NCBI GenBank assembly: GCA_039930665.1 | Contig: JBDTTL010000001.1 | Coordinates: forward strand, 1-49,922 | Source: Acidobacteriota bacterium | GTDB taxonomy: Bacteria > Acidobacteriota > Terriglobia > Bryobacterales > Bryobacteraceae | DNA: 49,922 nt | Direction of reading: 5' to 3' | In this document: piece by piece, positions 1-9,702 of the stretch | How the letters are laid out: the number at the start of each line of letters is the position of its first letter | How positions within the stretch are numbered: the stretch's first letter is position 1 | The notes under the pieces: generated by a model | Told to the model about the DNA's origin: nothing | Database searches by the model: none | What the model saw: the letters and a program-made list of their open reading frames with translations, nothing else | Made by a program: the position numbers and the translations under genes

Positions 1-135
1 GTGCGGAAAACCTGAAGAGAAGCGCCTAGCGAGGTCCGTGCCTCCAACTGTAGTGGCGCTCTGCGGATGTTGCACAATTCGAGGGAAAAGGGGGCTCCCC
101 CGTAAGCGGCAATCCGATCGTTCGAAAATAGAATT

Positions 136-777
136 GTGGCGCCTCGCGTGTTTCTGCTTTCGCCCGCCCGCATCGGGGGGCCTCGATCATTCATGTTGCT
201 GCGGCCGGCTGCGGAATTCGATCTCGCAGTGAGGCTGCGAGAAGGCACCGCGACTATCGGCGAAGTGTACAGCTTCATCAGCCGCCTTTACTTTCGCGGG
301 AAGGTGGCATACGCAGGAGCTTTCGCTTCCGCTCTCGAAACAGTTCCCCCCGCGCTGACCATCGTTCCGGGAACGGGTCTGATGTCTCTCGAAACCCCTG
401 TTAGCGGAGAGCAAATGCGAACCATTGGCAATGTTTCGATTGAGCGCGACTATCACGTCTATCGTGACACTCTACTCCGCGACGCCCGCTCTCTGGAGCA
501 GGCGGCAGATCCCGCATGCCGAGTTGTGCTGCTCGGAAGCATTGCCACCGACAAATATACGACGCCGCTTCTCGAAGTGTTTGGCGAACGGCTGGTGTTT
601 CCGGCTGACTTCGTCGGTCGCGGCGACATGAGCCGTGGCGGCTTAATGCTGCGATCTGCCAACACTGGAGTGGAACTCACATATATACGGGTGGGAAGTG
701 CCATGCGCCGCGGACCGAGGCCTCCGAAGTTGAAGCGGCTGGCGAAGAATAAATTCGCACCGCTCGCGAAAGAATAA
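136..777 (+). CDS. conserved hypothetical protein, no domain recognised
   Basis: 213-aa ORF from the track with a GTG start. Composition is non-repetitive and protein-like (...RVVLLGSIATDKYTTPLLEVFGERLVFPADFVGRGDMSRGGLML...). Family not recognised. Confidence 0.5.
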   Translation: MAPRVFLLSPARIGGPRSFMLLRPAAEFDLAVRLREGTATIGEVYSFISRLYFRGKVAYAGAFASALETVPPALTIVPGTGLMSLETPVSGEQMRTIGNVSIERDYHVYRDTLLRDARSLEQAADPACRVVLLGSIATDKYTTPLLEVFGERLVFPADFVGRGDMSRGGLMLRSANTGVELTYIRVGSAMRRGPRPPKLKRLAKNKFAPLAKE

Positions 778-787
778 TCGGCGTCCG

Positions 788-1100
788 CTACTTGCGCGGC
801 GTCACCGTCAGCAGACCGAGCGGTCCAGGCGCATCGGATTCAACTTGCTTTATGGTGCATTGCCGTGGATTCTTATCGGGGCGCCAGCGCAGAAATTTGG
901 TCCCGTGCCGGAAGCGGCCACCGGTGAAGTGATCGAACTGGATCTCGACAACCAGGACCGGGTTTTAACGGCTGCCACTCGGTTGAGCGCTCCGTACTCC
1001 AGCGGCTTGGTCCTCCGGGAGCGGCCCCGGTGAAACCCGGCGGCGCAATGATCTTCTCGAGTCGTGTTGCTGGCGGCGATCTTTCGCCGAAATGAACTAG
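788..1100 (-). pseudogene. C-terminal (OB-fold) remnant of an ATP-dependent DNA ligase, frameshifted and headless
   Basis: Minus-strand translation gives ...ATRLEKIIAPPGFTGAAPGGPSRWSTERSTEWQPLKP in one frame. After a frame change near 955-966 it gives VLVVEIQFDHFTGGRFRHGTKFLRWRPDKNPRQCTIKQVE...* with the stop at 788-790. This is the typical C-terminal end of LigD/LigC-type ligases. There is no start codon and most of the gene is absent. The + ORF 845-1033 is its antisense shadow. Confidence 0.55.
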
Positions 1101-1108
1101 CAGCGCCT

Positions 1109-4100
1109 CTATCGGAAGCGGCGCTTATAGAAGAAGTCCACTCCGAACAGGCCGTTGTCGTCTCGCGTGGCTATTAGAGACCACTGCGGATTAAGAGCCC
1201 ATTCCACTCTCACGATCTGCGGATCTGAGCTGGCGAGGTTTGTTATATAGGTGAACGTCAATCCGCTCGCGATTTGCTGCTGAAGCGTCAAGCGCGCCTG
1301 GGGCAGCTCCGACCCGCTGGTGAATGTGGGGTCGATCTTTAGCTGGCTGACACCGAAGACGCGCTGCAACTGTCCGGAGACCGGATTCGATACCGCTTGG
1401 CTGAGCAGCGCCGATTCCCCCATTTGCTGGAAATTCTGCGGTGGAGTCGCCGGCTGCTGCGCCACCAGGACCGGATCGGATGTTGGCGCCCTCCCGGTGG
1501 CGAGTAACCCCACGATTTCCGAGAAGGGCAATGGCGGGTCGGACTGATACGCGAGGTTCAGATTGCTCATCGGTCCCGTAACATTCAATGTGACCTGGAC
1601 ACCCCGTGCCTTTGTGACCAGGCTGAGATTCACCACCGGCTCAATTTTGTTGGGGTTGTAAAACGAAACGGTAGCGTCATTCACCGTATATTTAGTCCCA
1701 AAAAATACCAGGACGCCCTCGGTTACAACTACACGGCCCAAAACGCCCGGCGTGGCCGCGGTCCCCCTTACGGTGAGATTCGCCTGTCCTTGCAAGCTTT
1801 CGGCAATGCTGGTTTGAAAACTCGCACCGGGGGTGGTTCTGACATCAAGGTCGAGTTTCATGCTCGAAAGAAATCCGGCCGAATCAGTTTGGACCGGCGG
1901 CGCGGAACTGGATAGGATAGAACCAAAATCCGTCTGCGGATTGAATTTCACGCTGCGAATATTTACGTCGCCGGAGAGCAGGCTGCTTTCACTTGTTCCC
2001 GTCAATCTCAGATTCGCGTCGCCCACCACGCTAATGCCCGATTCCTGCCGAACCCGTACTTGATTCGCGCGAGCCTGGAGTCCGTATCGCAAAGTGGATC
2101 CAGTTCTTCCCGCGAAGCCGGAGATGGTAATCTTGCCACCCCCCGATTCCGCCGTGAGAGTTTCGATTCTTGCGGTATCGCCTGTAAACTGAATCACGCC
2201 ATTGGCCTTGGAGATTCCATTCGACATGCTCTCCGTCTGGAACGCAGCATCCTTGAGCTGCAGGCGGCCGTTCACGGTAGGCTTGCCGAGGGGACCTTGG
2301 ATTCTGGCGTTGAGTGCAATCGTGCCGTCTGAGCTGATCGAAGGATCAAGATCGTGCAGCAACGCCAGGTTGGCATCGCCATCCATCGTAAGATTGAATA
2401 CCATCGTCGGCTGCAGAGCGACGTTTCCGCTAAGGCTGAGACGGGTTGAATTCCCGATCAGACTCGCTCGCCGTATCGTTAGCGCTGCTGAGCTCGCGGA
2501 CACCTCAATCGGACCGTCATTTCGCAGCACCAGCGCATTGCTGCGGGTTCCGGAAATGGGCCTGGCCAAAAGCGGCTTCGGCTTGGCGGATATTTCAAGC
2601 TTTGAAAGTAGAGCAGTGCCACTGAGATTCTTGGGCTGCAGAAGCGCCACCGAAGCCTTCGCATTCCCCTCGGCAACCGCATCGAAAGTTTCGCCCCCAG
2701 CCGAAGTACCCAGGCCTAATAGACCATTCCAGTTCGAATAGCGCACATCCTTAAATTCGAGTTGCGCGGAAGTCTGGTACTCGCCGCCCAACTGCGTTTG
2801 CAGCTTCGCGTGAATGATCGATTGGGCAAGGGTCGAATCCAGATCCACCGCAATCACCGAGCCGGTCTGTTTCGCGACGGCTTGGAGGTCGCCGTAATCG
2901 CGGCCATTGAGCCGCAGACTGTTGGCGGAGACGGTACCCGTCAAATTGGTCGGCAGTACTCGTGGACCGGATACCGCGTGATCGATTGCGACCGCTCCGT
3001 CGAGGTTCACTTTTACGAGTCCCGAGAGCCCAGGCCGCTGCTGCTGCACGTATTGCACCTGTGAGAGTTGCAAAGTATCACTCGCGATGTGAATACGAAT
3101 ATCCCCGCTCGCAAAGCTCTGGCGCGGGTGAGAGAACGATCCCGATAGCGCTACGTTGCTCCGGCCCAAGAAAAAATTCGCCGAAGGCACTTCGACGAGT
3201 ACGTTCGAGTAGTTCACATGGCCCTCGAACCGATCGAAGGGTTGTTGATACACAACAGCCTTCGTAACTCCCAAATCCAGGTCGGCGTGCGGGTCGCGCA
3301 GAGTACCGGAAAGCTGCCCTTTCGCTGAAAACAAGCCGCTCGCGGGCAGGTCAGTGCGGCCTGCCACGGCCAGCGCTTGCTCGATGGGAAGATTTTGGAT
3401 GGACAGGCTTGCCTGGGTCGGGTAGTCCGCGGTCAGCGTAGTCGTGCCGTCGGCGCTGATGGACGACCCGGCGAAATTGGACTGCACTCGATACGAGATT
3501 TGATTGCCGCTGGTGCGTGCATCCGCGGCAAAGTCGCCCAGCATGCGCCCGTGGTCTCGCAGCCCTCGGACATTGATATTTCCATTCAACGCTGTCAGTT
3601 GAAACACCGCGGTGCCAGCGTTGGATTGCAAGGTTGCATCGGCATCCAGATTCGTTTGCGCCAGACCTCCTAGACCCGGCCGCCGGGTTTGGAGCGCTGG
3701 CAGGCCATCCAAGGCCACCTGATTCGTATCCAGATGGACGTGGAACCGTCCGGTCGAGAACGTATCGGGCGGATGCTCGAACGCGGCAGTGAGGTGTGCA
3801 ACGGCGCTGCCGGCCGTCGCCTGCATATTCGGGATGCTGACGAACTGACCTCCATAGGCGATCTGTCCTTGTATACGATCGAAGGGCTGGCTGTAAGCGC
3901 TGCCGTTCACAATAGTAAGGTCCGCTCTGCCTTGAGGGTCGCCGATGGTCCCGGAAGCCTGCGCGGAAAGCGCCACGTCTCCACGGATGGGAAGTTGGCT
4001 TTTGCCCGCCAATGCCAGCATGTCCTGCACATCCGCATTGCGCACTGTGACATTTGCCTTGAGCGGTTGCGCCGGCTTCGGCTTCCACTGATCGAGTCCG

Positions 4101-6007
4101 AGGGATGCAGATAACTGTGCCTGCAAAGGACCGCGCGTCAGCACCGCGTTCTGAACAGATGCATTGGACCCATCGGCCGCCAAGTCGGCAGTGAGTTGAT
4201 CGAAGTGGCGCTGCTCGACACTGAAGTTGTGAGCGGCCAGTTGTCCGGCGATGTGGGGCGAGTGTACGCTTCCCATGAGATGTGCGTCGAGCGTAAGCCC
4301 ACCTCCGGCGTCGAATTTTACGGGAAGCACGCTCGGCGGCGTCGAGGAAAGCAGTGTGAATGCCGGTAGAAAGTCGCTGAGATTTGCGGACGTCAAATGG
4401 ACGTCCATGCCGTCTTTAAGAGTTCCAGAAAACTCGAGCCGGCTGGACGGGAAGCCCAGATAAGAGTGCCCGATTTCCAGAGTATCGGCACGCGAGTCGT
4501 AATCCGCATTTAGCCGGCCGCTTAATGGCACGCCGTGCGTCCCCGGTGTCACCAGCAAGCGCGCGTGAGCCTGAACCGCGCTGCCTTTGGCCGAAGGTAT
4601 TTCGCCCTCGGCTTGTAAAGTTCCGGATATAGCGCCGGTCCACGCCGGTTTCCCGCTGGTGGCCATCAGGTTCTCTACAGCGAATCCGCTCAATTTTCCC
4701 TGAATTTTGTAGAGGTTCCTCTCCGCCAGACTCGCACTGCCGTCGAAGCGGCCCCCAGCGATAGACGCGCGGAGGGGATTTGCCGTAATGTTTTTCGGAT
4801 CTGCCCGCACTTTGGCGGTCAGACTTGCGTTCGAGATGCCCATGTTCCCCTGACGCAGGCTTAAATGCTGCGCAGTGACGTTGGCATCTACTGCATAATC
4901 CAAGAGGCCGTTGGTCGTCGCGGTGCCATCGACCCGAATATTGCCGCTGGCCTGTCCCGCAGACTGCAACATCTCGCTCAGTTCCGCTACATTCAAGCTG
5001 GAGCTGAACTGGAGCGATCCCTTTTCGAGTGCCAGGTTTTTCATGGTCCCGAAGGCCTGGAGTGTGGATTTTCCTAATGCCAGTTTGACCTGCCGGATTT
5101 GGACGTTGTTCCGATCGCTATGGAGTTCCACATTCGCGTAGAGGGTGTTCAACGATTGATCGCGAAGCGAAGGCAAAGCGGAAAGACCAAATGTTCGCTC
5201 CATCTCCGGAACATCGAGTTGTGCATTCACGCCGCCTGAAATCAAGGGAGACGCGAGGTTTTCCAGGATTCCGCTGACGGTCACCTTTGAGGAAGCGGTC
5301 GCGATCGTCGCACCGTTAAGCTGAATGCGGTCCTTCCCAATCACCACCGGAAGGTTGACGTTCATGTCCAGACGAGGATTCCCACCCGACTGAAAATACA
5401 GCGGACTCATGGAGAGCTGTCCGCGATAGCGCTGGCCCGCTATCTCATAAAGCAGGCTGGCTTGCAAGTTTTCACCCTTGGCGTCGAAGTTGGCCTTCCG
5501 TTCGGCTAACTCGATGGACCCGTTATTCAAGGAAAATCGGCCAATCGCCAAATCGACCAGTGTCTGGAGCCCATTGGAGTCGCTGCCGCGCTTTATCCGT
5601 GGATTGGGCACGTTCGTTCTGCCGTCTGGAAACACCATCAAATTCACTTGCGGCTGGTCCACCGTCAGAGAGGCGATGTCCACTTTTCGGCTGCTCACCA
5701 GCGACGCAATCTTAAGGTCGATGGCAAGATGAGGAATTCGCAGCAGCGGCTTGGCGTCCGCGGGTTCGCTCCCCCGCAGCGTGAAGTCCTCTATTTCAGC
5801 GCGCAGGTGCCGCCAATCGAATGCGAAAGACGTAATCGCGACTCTGCCGCCGGTTGAGGCTTCCACTGTCTGCACGATCTTCGCCCGAACGAAATCGCGA
5901 AACCACTGACTCTGCGCGATGAAGATTCCGACTACGGTACCGATTACGATGAGGCCTCCCAGGGAGGCCGACGCGATCCATAAGGCTTTTCGGCGGCGAG
6001 CGGTCAT
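1109..6007 (-). CDS. tamB: translocation and assembly module protein TamB (DUF490 family)
   Basis: 1632-aa ORF. It has an N-terminal signal-anchor (ALWIASASLGGLIVIGTVVGIFIA), a long beta-rich repetitive body and a DUF490-type C-terminus (...WSLIATRDDNGLFGVDFFYKRRFR). Its ATG overlaps the upstream stop (ATGA at 6004-6007). Confidence 0.9.
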   Translation of the reverse strand: MTARRRKALWIASASLGGLIVIGTVVGIFIAQSQWFRDFVRAKIVQTVEASTGGRVAITSFAFDWRHLRAEIEDFTLRGSEPADAKPLLRIPHLAIDLKIASLVSSRKVDIASLTVDQPQVNLMVFPDGRTNVPNPRIKRGSDSNGLQTLVDLAIGRFSLNNGSIELAERKANFDAKGENLQASLLYEIAGQRYRGQLSMSPLYFQSGGNPRLDMNVNLPVVIGKDRIQLNGATIATASSKVTVSGILENLASPLISGGVNAQLDVPEMERTFGLSALPSLRDQSLNTLYANVELHSDRNNVQIRQVKLALGKSTLQAFGTMKNLALEKGSLQFSSSLNVAELSEMLQSAGQASGNIRVDGTATTNGLLDYAVDANVTAQHLSLRQGNMGISNASLTAKVRADPKNITANPLRASIAGGRFDGSASLAERNLYKIQGKLSGFAVENLMATSGKPAWTGAISGTLQAEGEIPSAKGSAVQAHARLLVTPGTHGVPLSGRLNADYDSRADTLEIGHSYLGFPSSRLEFSGTLKDGMDVHLTSANLSDFLPAFTLLSSTPPSVLPVKFDAGGGLTLDAHLMGSVHSPHIAGQLAAHNFSVEQRHFDQLTADLAADGSNASVQNAVLTRGPLQAQLSASLGLDQWKPKPAQPLKANVTVRNADVQDMLALAGKSQLPIRGDVALSAQASGTIGDPQGRADLTIVNGSAYSQPFDRIQGQIAYGGQFVSIPNMQATAGSAVAHLTAAFEHPPDTFSTGRFHVHLDTNQVALDGLPALQTRRPGLGGLAQTNLDADATLQSNAGTAVFQLTALNGNINVRGLRDHGRMLGDFAADARTSGNQISYRVQSNFAGSSISADGTTTLTADYPTQASLSIQNLPIEQALAVAGRTDLPASGLFSAKGQLSGTLRDPHADLDLGVTKAVVYQQPFDRFEGHVNYSNVLVEVPSANFFLGRSNVALSGSFSHPRQSFASGDIRIHIASDTLQLSQVQYVQQQRPGLSGLVKVNLDGAVAIDHAVSGPRVLPTNLTGTVSANSLRLNGRDYGDLQAVAKQTGSVIAVDLDSTLAQSIIHAKLQTQLGGEYQTSAQLEFKDVRYSNWNGLLGLGTSAGGETFDAVAEGNAKASVALLQPKNLSGTALLSKLEISAKPKPLLARPISGTRSNALVLRNDGPIEVSASSAALTIRRASLIGNSTRLSLSGNVALQPTMVFNLTMDGDANLALLHDLDPSISSDGTIALNARIQGPLGKPTVNGRLQLKDAAFQTESMSNGISKANGVIQFTGDTARIETLTAESGGGKITISGFAGRTGSTLRYGLQARANQVRVRQESGISVVGDANLRLTGTSESSLLSGDVNIRSVKFNPQTDFGSILSSSAPPVQTDSAGFLSSMKLDLDVRTTPGASFQTSIAESLQGQANLTVRGTAATPGVLGRVVVTEGVLVFFGTKYTVNDATVSFYNPNKIEPVVNLSLVTKARGVQVTLNVTGPMSNLNLAYQSDPPLPFSEIVGLLATGRAPTSDPVLVAQQPATPPQNFQQMGESALLSQAVSNPVSGQLQRVFGVSQLKIDPTFTSGSELPQARLTLQQQIASGLTFTYITNLASSDPQIVRVEWALNPQWSLIATRDDNGLFGVDFFYKRRFR

Positions 6008-6639
6008 TTGAGGGCCTCCTCGTTATAGACGATGGGCGCATTCTTTTCGGCTTCATCCAGCCATGCAAAGAACAGCTTATTGACACCTTCTCCTTCAAGC
6101 GCCTTCTCGATCTGAGGACGCACGGTATCGAAGTCGCCGCCGGATCCTCCCGCCTTCTTGAAGTCCGCAAGGTGCTGTTCGTAATAGGCTCGAACCTCGG
6201 GCTCCGGGACCGGTGCGCCGCCGCCAAAGCGGAGGCTCACGAACCGCAGAACGGTGAGCTGCCAGTTCAGTTGCTTGCGCAAGTCCGCTTCGCTCAAATC
6301 GTAGGTGGCGAGCGCACGCCGATAGGCTGCATCGGAGCCGAAGCCGTTCTTGAGCTGTTGCAGCAGAGAATCCACCTCGGACGGGTCGGGAATCGAGTAC
6401 AAACCAGCATCTAACTCTTTCCGGATGAGAGCTTGATCGATGAGGCGGGCGACGGCCTTCTTCTGCTCGGCCACTGCGAAGGAAGGCGTTTCATGGTTCA
6501 AGAAGTCGGTGAGACGGATGTCCCGGAAAATATCGCTGTGCTTAATGATCTGGCTATCGACCACTACTGAAATGCGATCGACCATCTCGGCTCGCCCGCC
6601 GACGACGCATACGAAAAGTGCCAGCCAATGCCTGCTCAT
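6004..6639 (-). CDS. SurA N-terminal-domain-like periplasmic chaperone (no PPIase domain evident)
   Basis: Taken from the track ORF 6004-6732, using the internal start MSRHWLALFVCVVGG... at 6637-6639, which forms an ATGA overlap with the bamA stop (6639-6641). It has a signal peptide and a SurA_N-like pattern (VDRISVVVDSQIIKHSDI...LIDQALIRKELDAG...EVDSLLQQLK...LRKQLNWQLTV). Confidence 0.7.
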   Translation of the reverse strand: MSRHWLALFVCVVGGRAEMVDRISVVVDSQIIKHSDIFRDIRLTDFLNHETPSFAVAEQKKAVARLIDQALIRKELDAGLYSIPDPSEVDSLLQQLKNGFGSDAAYRRALATYDLSEADLRKQLNWQLTVLRFVSLRFGGGAPVPEPEVRAYYEQHLADFKKAGGSGGDFDTVRPQIEKALEGEGVNKLFFAWLDEAEKNAPIVYNEEALK

Positions 6640-9600
6640 CAGAAAGTCTGTCCGATCGAGAAGAAAAACTGAAAATGGCTGATCCGGTTCTGAACACTTT
6701 GGCAGGGACCAGCGGTGTTCCCAGGCCCGCAACTCAGCAACTCTTGTACCGTGCCTTTGAACCCCAGGTAGGATGGCGGATTGATGCTATAAGCAAGATC
6801 TGCCCGAACCGGTCCGAGAGGCGTCTTATAGCGAATGCCAAACCCGACTGCGTGGACCATGTAACTAAAGTCGGAAAGATCCCGCTGGTTGGCGCGAAAT
6901 GAGATGCTCCCAAAGTTCCTGTAAATGTTGCCGGCATCGTGGAATAGAACGCCCCCGATATTATTGCCAATGAGAGGAAACCGGAGCTCGATGGAATTGA
7001 ACAGCTCCGCATTCCCGCCTAGAGGAAAGCCGGTGGGCGCCGTGGCTTGGCCCCCTGCGCCCGCGGGCGTGCCCAAGTCGCGAGGGCCGGCCTGGTTCTC
7101 AGGAAAACCGCGATGCGTGACACTGCCTCCGCCAAAGAACCGCTCCGGCAAGGGGATGGAGTCGAAAGCGGTCAGGCCGGCCGCAACCCGGAACGGAACC
7201 ACCACCCCAAAGCTGGTCTCACGCGCCAGCACCACGTTCCGCGTAATGCGATGATAGGTCGCATTCCGCGCCAGGACCCGAGCGAAACTGCGTTGCGATC
7301 CGAAGATGCCGGAAGACACGCCCGCATCTATCGTGTTGTAGATTCCCTGATGGGTATCGGCAGGATTGTCACGACGATCTTGCACGTAACTCCCTGATAG
7401 GATGCCAATCCGTATCGGTTGCAGGAGTTGCGGAACCAGTAGGGCGGGAATCGCTACATCGCCGGTGGCCACGCGCCGGTAAGCAAAGCGGAATAGCACA
7501 CTACTAGGCTTGGATAGCTGCTGCGATAACTGTATGGAGGCTTCTTGGCGCCGGGACGAAAACGTTCGGACGTCGCGCGAAACATCATACAAGGTAGTGA
7601 AGGTAAGATTCCGCCCCTCCACACTCCGAAAACGCGGCGCCAGGTAGTTGAAGGATGCCAATTGCTGGAGATTCGAAACTCTGCCCCGCAGGGATATGGA
7701 ATGCCCGATCCCCAAAAAATTTAAGCGGCTGAGATCCACTGACAAACGCGGGCTAAATCCGGTAGCGCCGGCCGGAGTTGAAAGATCGGTCGTGGTTCCC
7801 CCGATGCGGGCTATTTCCGCGCCTACGCCGACGGCCAAGGTATAGCGGCTGGATTCTTCAATATCATACAGAACGTGTTTATGTTCAGTCTCCCCATCAG
7901 GGTTCTGAATCGCCATATTGATTTTGGAAAACAGGCCCAGCTGATACAGCTTCCGCTGCGCATCTGCCAGGGCTACGAGCGAGAGAGGATCCCCGCGCTG
8001 AAACTGCAAAATGCGTTCTACCATTTCCGGCCGAGTGGTATGAATTCCCGTCGTGGTCACATCTCGCACCAACTCGTGCCGGCCTTCCACTACGCTATAA
8101 ACTACGTCGACTTGGTTGGGATTTAGCGCGGGTGTGGATGTCCAGCGGAAGGTCGCTTTGGGAAAGCCTAGTGCATAGTATTCCGTCAGGATCAAATTCT
8201 GATCCGCGGCAATCGTGGTTTCGCTAAAGGGTTGACCCGCCGTCGAGCCCAAGCGGTCCCGCACAGAGTTAACGCCCATACTATCGACGCCTTCCAGCTT
8301 CAGGCTCGAAACGGTGAACTGCGGCCCTTCTGCGATGCGCATTCGCACGGCGATGGCTCCGGCTTTGCCTTCGTAATCGTCCTGCACTTCCGGTGAAACC
8401 TTGACGTCGCGGAAACCGTTGGATTTGTAAAGGTTCGAAATGGAGTCTATATCTTTCTCCACAAAGCCTTCGCTGTATCTGCCATGGCGCACTCGAAAGG
8501 AATTCGGCTGCAGAAACATCCGCTCACGGATGTCGTCCGTGGAGAAATATCGATTTCCTTCGATAGCGACATCGACCAGCTTGTGCCGAGTGCCTCGCAC
8601 GATTTCATACTCGATGATGGTTTGTTCCGGGTCCTGGTCGCGGATCGTGAAGTCAACTTGGGCTTCGTAGTAGCCCTGGGATTGAAAATAGTCCCGCAAA
8701 TTCCGAGCGCCTTCCACTAATAAGTCGCGATCCACCGTCTGCTCCTGGAATACCGGCACATAGCGCTTCAATATTTTATGGGAAACCTTCGTCTCTACTG
8801 CCTTCACGCTCACTTTTGGTCCCGCATCTATTTCCAGCTTGGGTTGCAGCCTGCGGGTGACCGGATCATAGGTAGAGGATGGCAATTCGACCTTAGCCGT
8901 CAGCCGTTCCTCCTTTTGATATTTTTGGAGAATTCCGTTAACCCCGGCGCGGGTTCGATCTTCGGTGACTTTTTTCCACCAACCGATAAACCGCATCTTC
9001 CAACCAGTGGCTCGAATAATCGCGTCGTCCGGCAGTTTTGTGTCGCCGCTGATGACCGGGGTTTCGTATTTTGCCCTGTGCCCCATGGTCACGAGAATCG
9101 TAATGTCGCGTTGCTGGATGTCTGAATTGTCTTTCGTCTGCACTTGGACGGTGTGTTCGTACAGGCCATTTCTGTCGAGCACACGGTTTAAATTACCTTC
9201 GGCGGTGGCCAGGTCCTGGTCGCTAAATTGAGTTCCCAGCTCAAGCCGGGTCGCGTCCGCCAGCTCCTCCCGGCTGGGAGGGTGCGAGACCTTGCCTTGC
9301 ACGTCGATATGCCCGACAAACCAGGTATTCACCGTCAGGATTCGCACTTCGACGCCTGACCCGTCAGGGCTGGCATCGACCTGGATGTCACGAAAACGGC
9401 CCGTCGCAAAGAGCCGATCAATGAACGTGCCGGCGTCCGCCGAGTGAAAAGGATCGCCTATTTTGAAGATTTCCAGCGGGGCGAGATCGAGAGGATCCAA
9501 CGCCTGCATTGGCGGCTGATACGTAACGCGGGTGATCGGCCGCCCTTCGAGGGCAATAGTTTGGGCCCTGAGATTGAACGGAGAGAAGGTCGCCAAAAAA

Positions 9601-9650
9601 ACGACGGTCCAGAGAACCGACCCCATGCACCGAAGAAGGGTCACTATCAT
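6639..9650 (-). CDS. bamA: outer membrane protein assembly factor BamA (Omp85/D15), long form
   Basis: 1003-aa ORF. It has a signal peptide, about 600 aa of POTRA-like repeats, and a C-terminal Omp85 barrel ending in the aromatic beta-signal ...HFQFFFSIGQTF. Confidence 0.9.
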   Translation of the reverse strand: MIVTLLRCMGSVLWTVVFLATFSPFNLRAQTIALEGRPITRVTYQPPMQALDPLDLAPLEIFKIGDPFHSADAGTFIDRLFATGRFRDIQVDASPDGSGVEVRILTVNTWFVGHIDVQGKVSHPPSREELADATRLELGTQFSDQDLATAEGNLNRVLDRNGLYEHTVQVQTKDNSDIQQRDITILVTMGHRAKYETPVISGDTKLPDDAIIRATGWKMRFIGWWKKVTEDRTRAGVNGILQKYQKEERLTAKVELPSSTYDPVTRRLQPKLEIDAGPKVSVKAVETKVSHKILKRYVPVFQEQTVDRDLLVEGARNLRDYFQSQGYYEAQVDFTIRDQDPEQTIIEYEIVRGTRHKLVDVAIEGNRYFSTDDIRERMFLQPNSFRVRHGRYSEGFVEKDIDSISNLYKSNGFRDVKVSPEVQDDYEGKAGAIAVRMRIAEGPQFTVSSLKLEGVDSMGVNSVRDRLGSTAGQPFSETTIAADQNLILTEYYALGFPKATFRWTSTPALNPNQVDVVYSVVEGRHELVRDVTTTGIHTTRPEMVERILQFQRGDPLSLVALADAQRKLYQLGLFSKINMAIQNPDGETEHKHVLYDIEESSRYTLAVGVGAEIARIGGTTTDLSTPAGATGFSPRLSVDLSRLNFLGIGHSISLRGRVSNLQQLASFNYLAPRFRSVEGRNLTFTTLYDVSRDVRTFSSRRQEASIQLSQQLSKPSSVLFRFAYRRVATGDVAIPALLVPQLLQPIRIGILSGSYVQDRRDNPADTHQGIYNTIDAGVSSGIFGSQRSFARVLARNATYHRITRNVVLARETSFGVVVPFRVAAGLTAFDSIPLPERFFGGGSVTHRGFPENQAGPRDLGTPAGAGGQATAPTGFPLGGNAELFNSIELRFPLIGNNIGGVLFHDAGNIYRNFGSISFRANQRDLSDFSYMVHAVGFGIRYKTPLGPVRADLAYSINPPSYLGFKGTVQELLSCGPGNTAGPCQSVQNRISHFQFFFSIGQTF

Positions 9651-9702
9651 TAGATGCGTTAGCGTGGTCTGCTGTTTCCTTCCCGGCCAGTAAATTGCAT
9701 AA

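Noticed and set aside
38-232. 64-aa ORF at the window start
   Set aside because: It overlaps the better-supported 136-777 ORF out of frame, and its translation is Cys/Arg-rich and unlike a real protein.
1320-5857. Numerous 60-245-aa ORFs on both strands inside tamB (e.g. 2202-2741, 3351-4088, 3689-4114)
   Set aside because: All are nested in the 4.9-kb tamB ORF, which has coherent N- and C-terminal family features. They are off-frame or antisense shadows.
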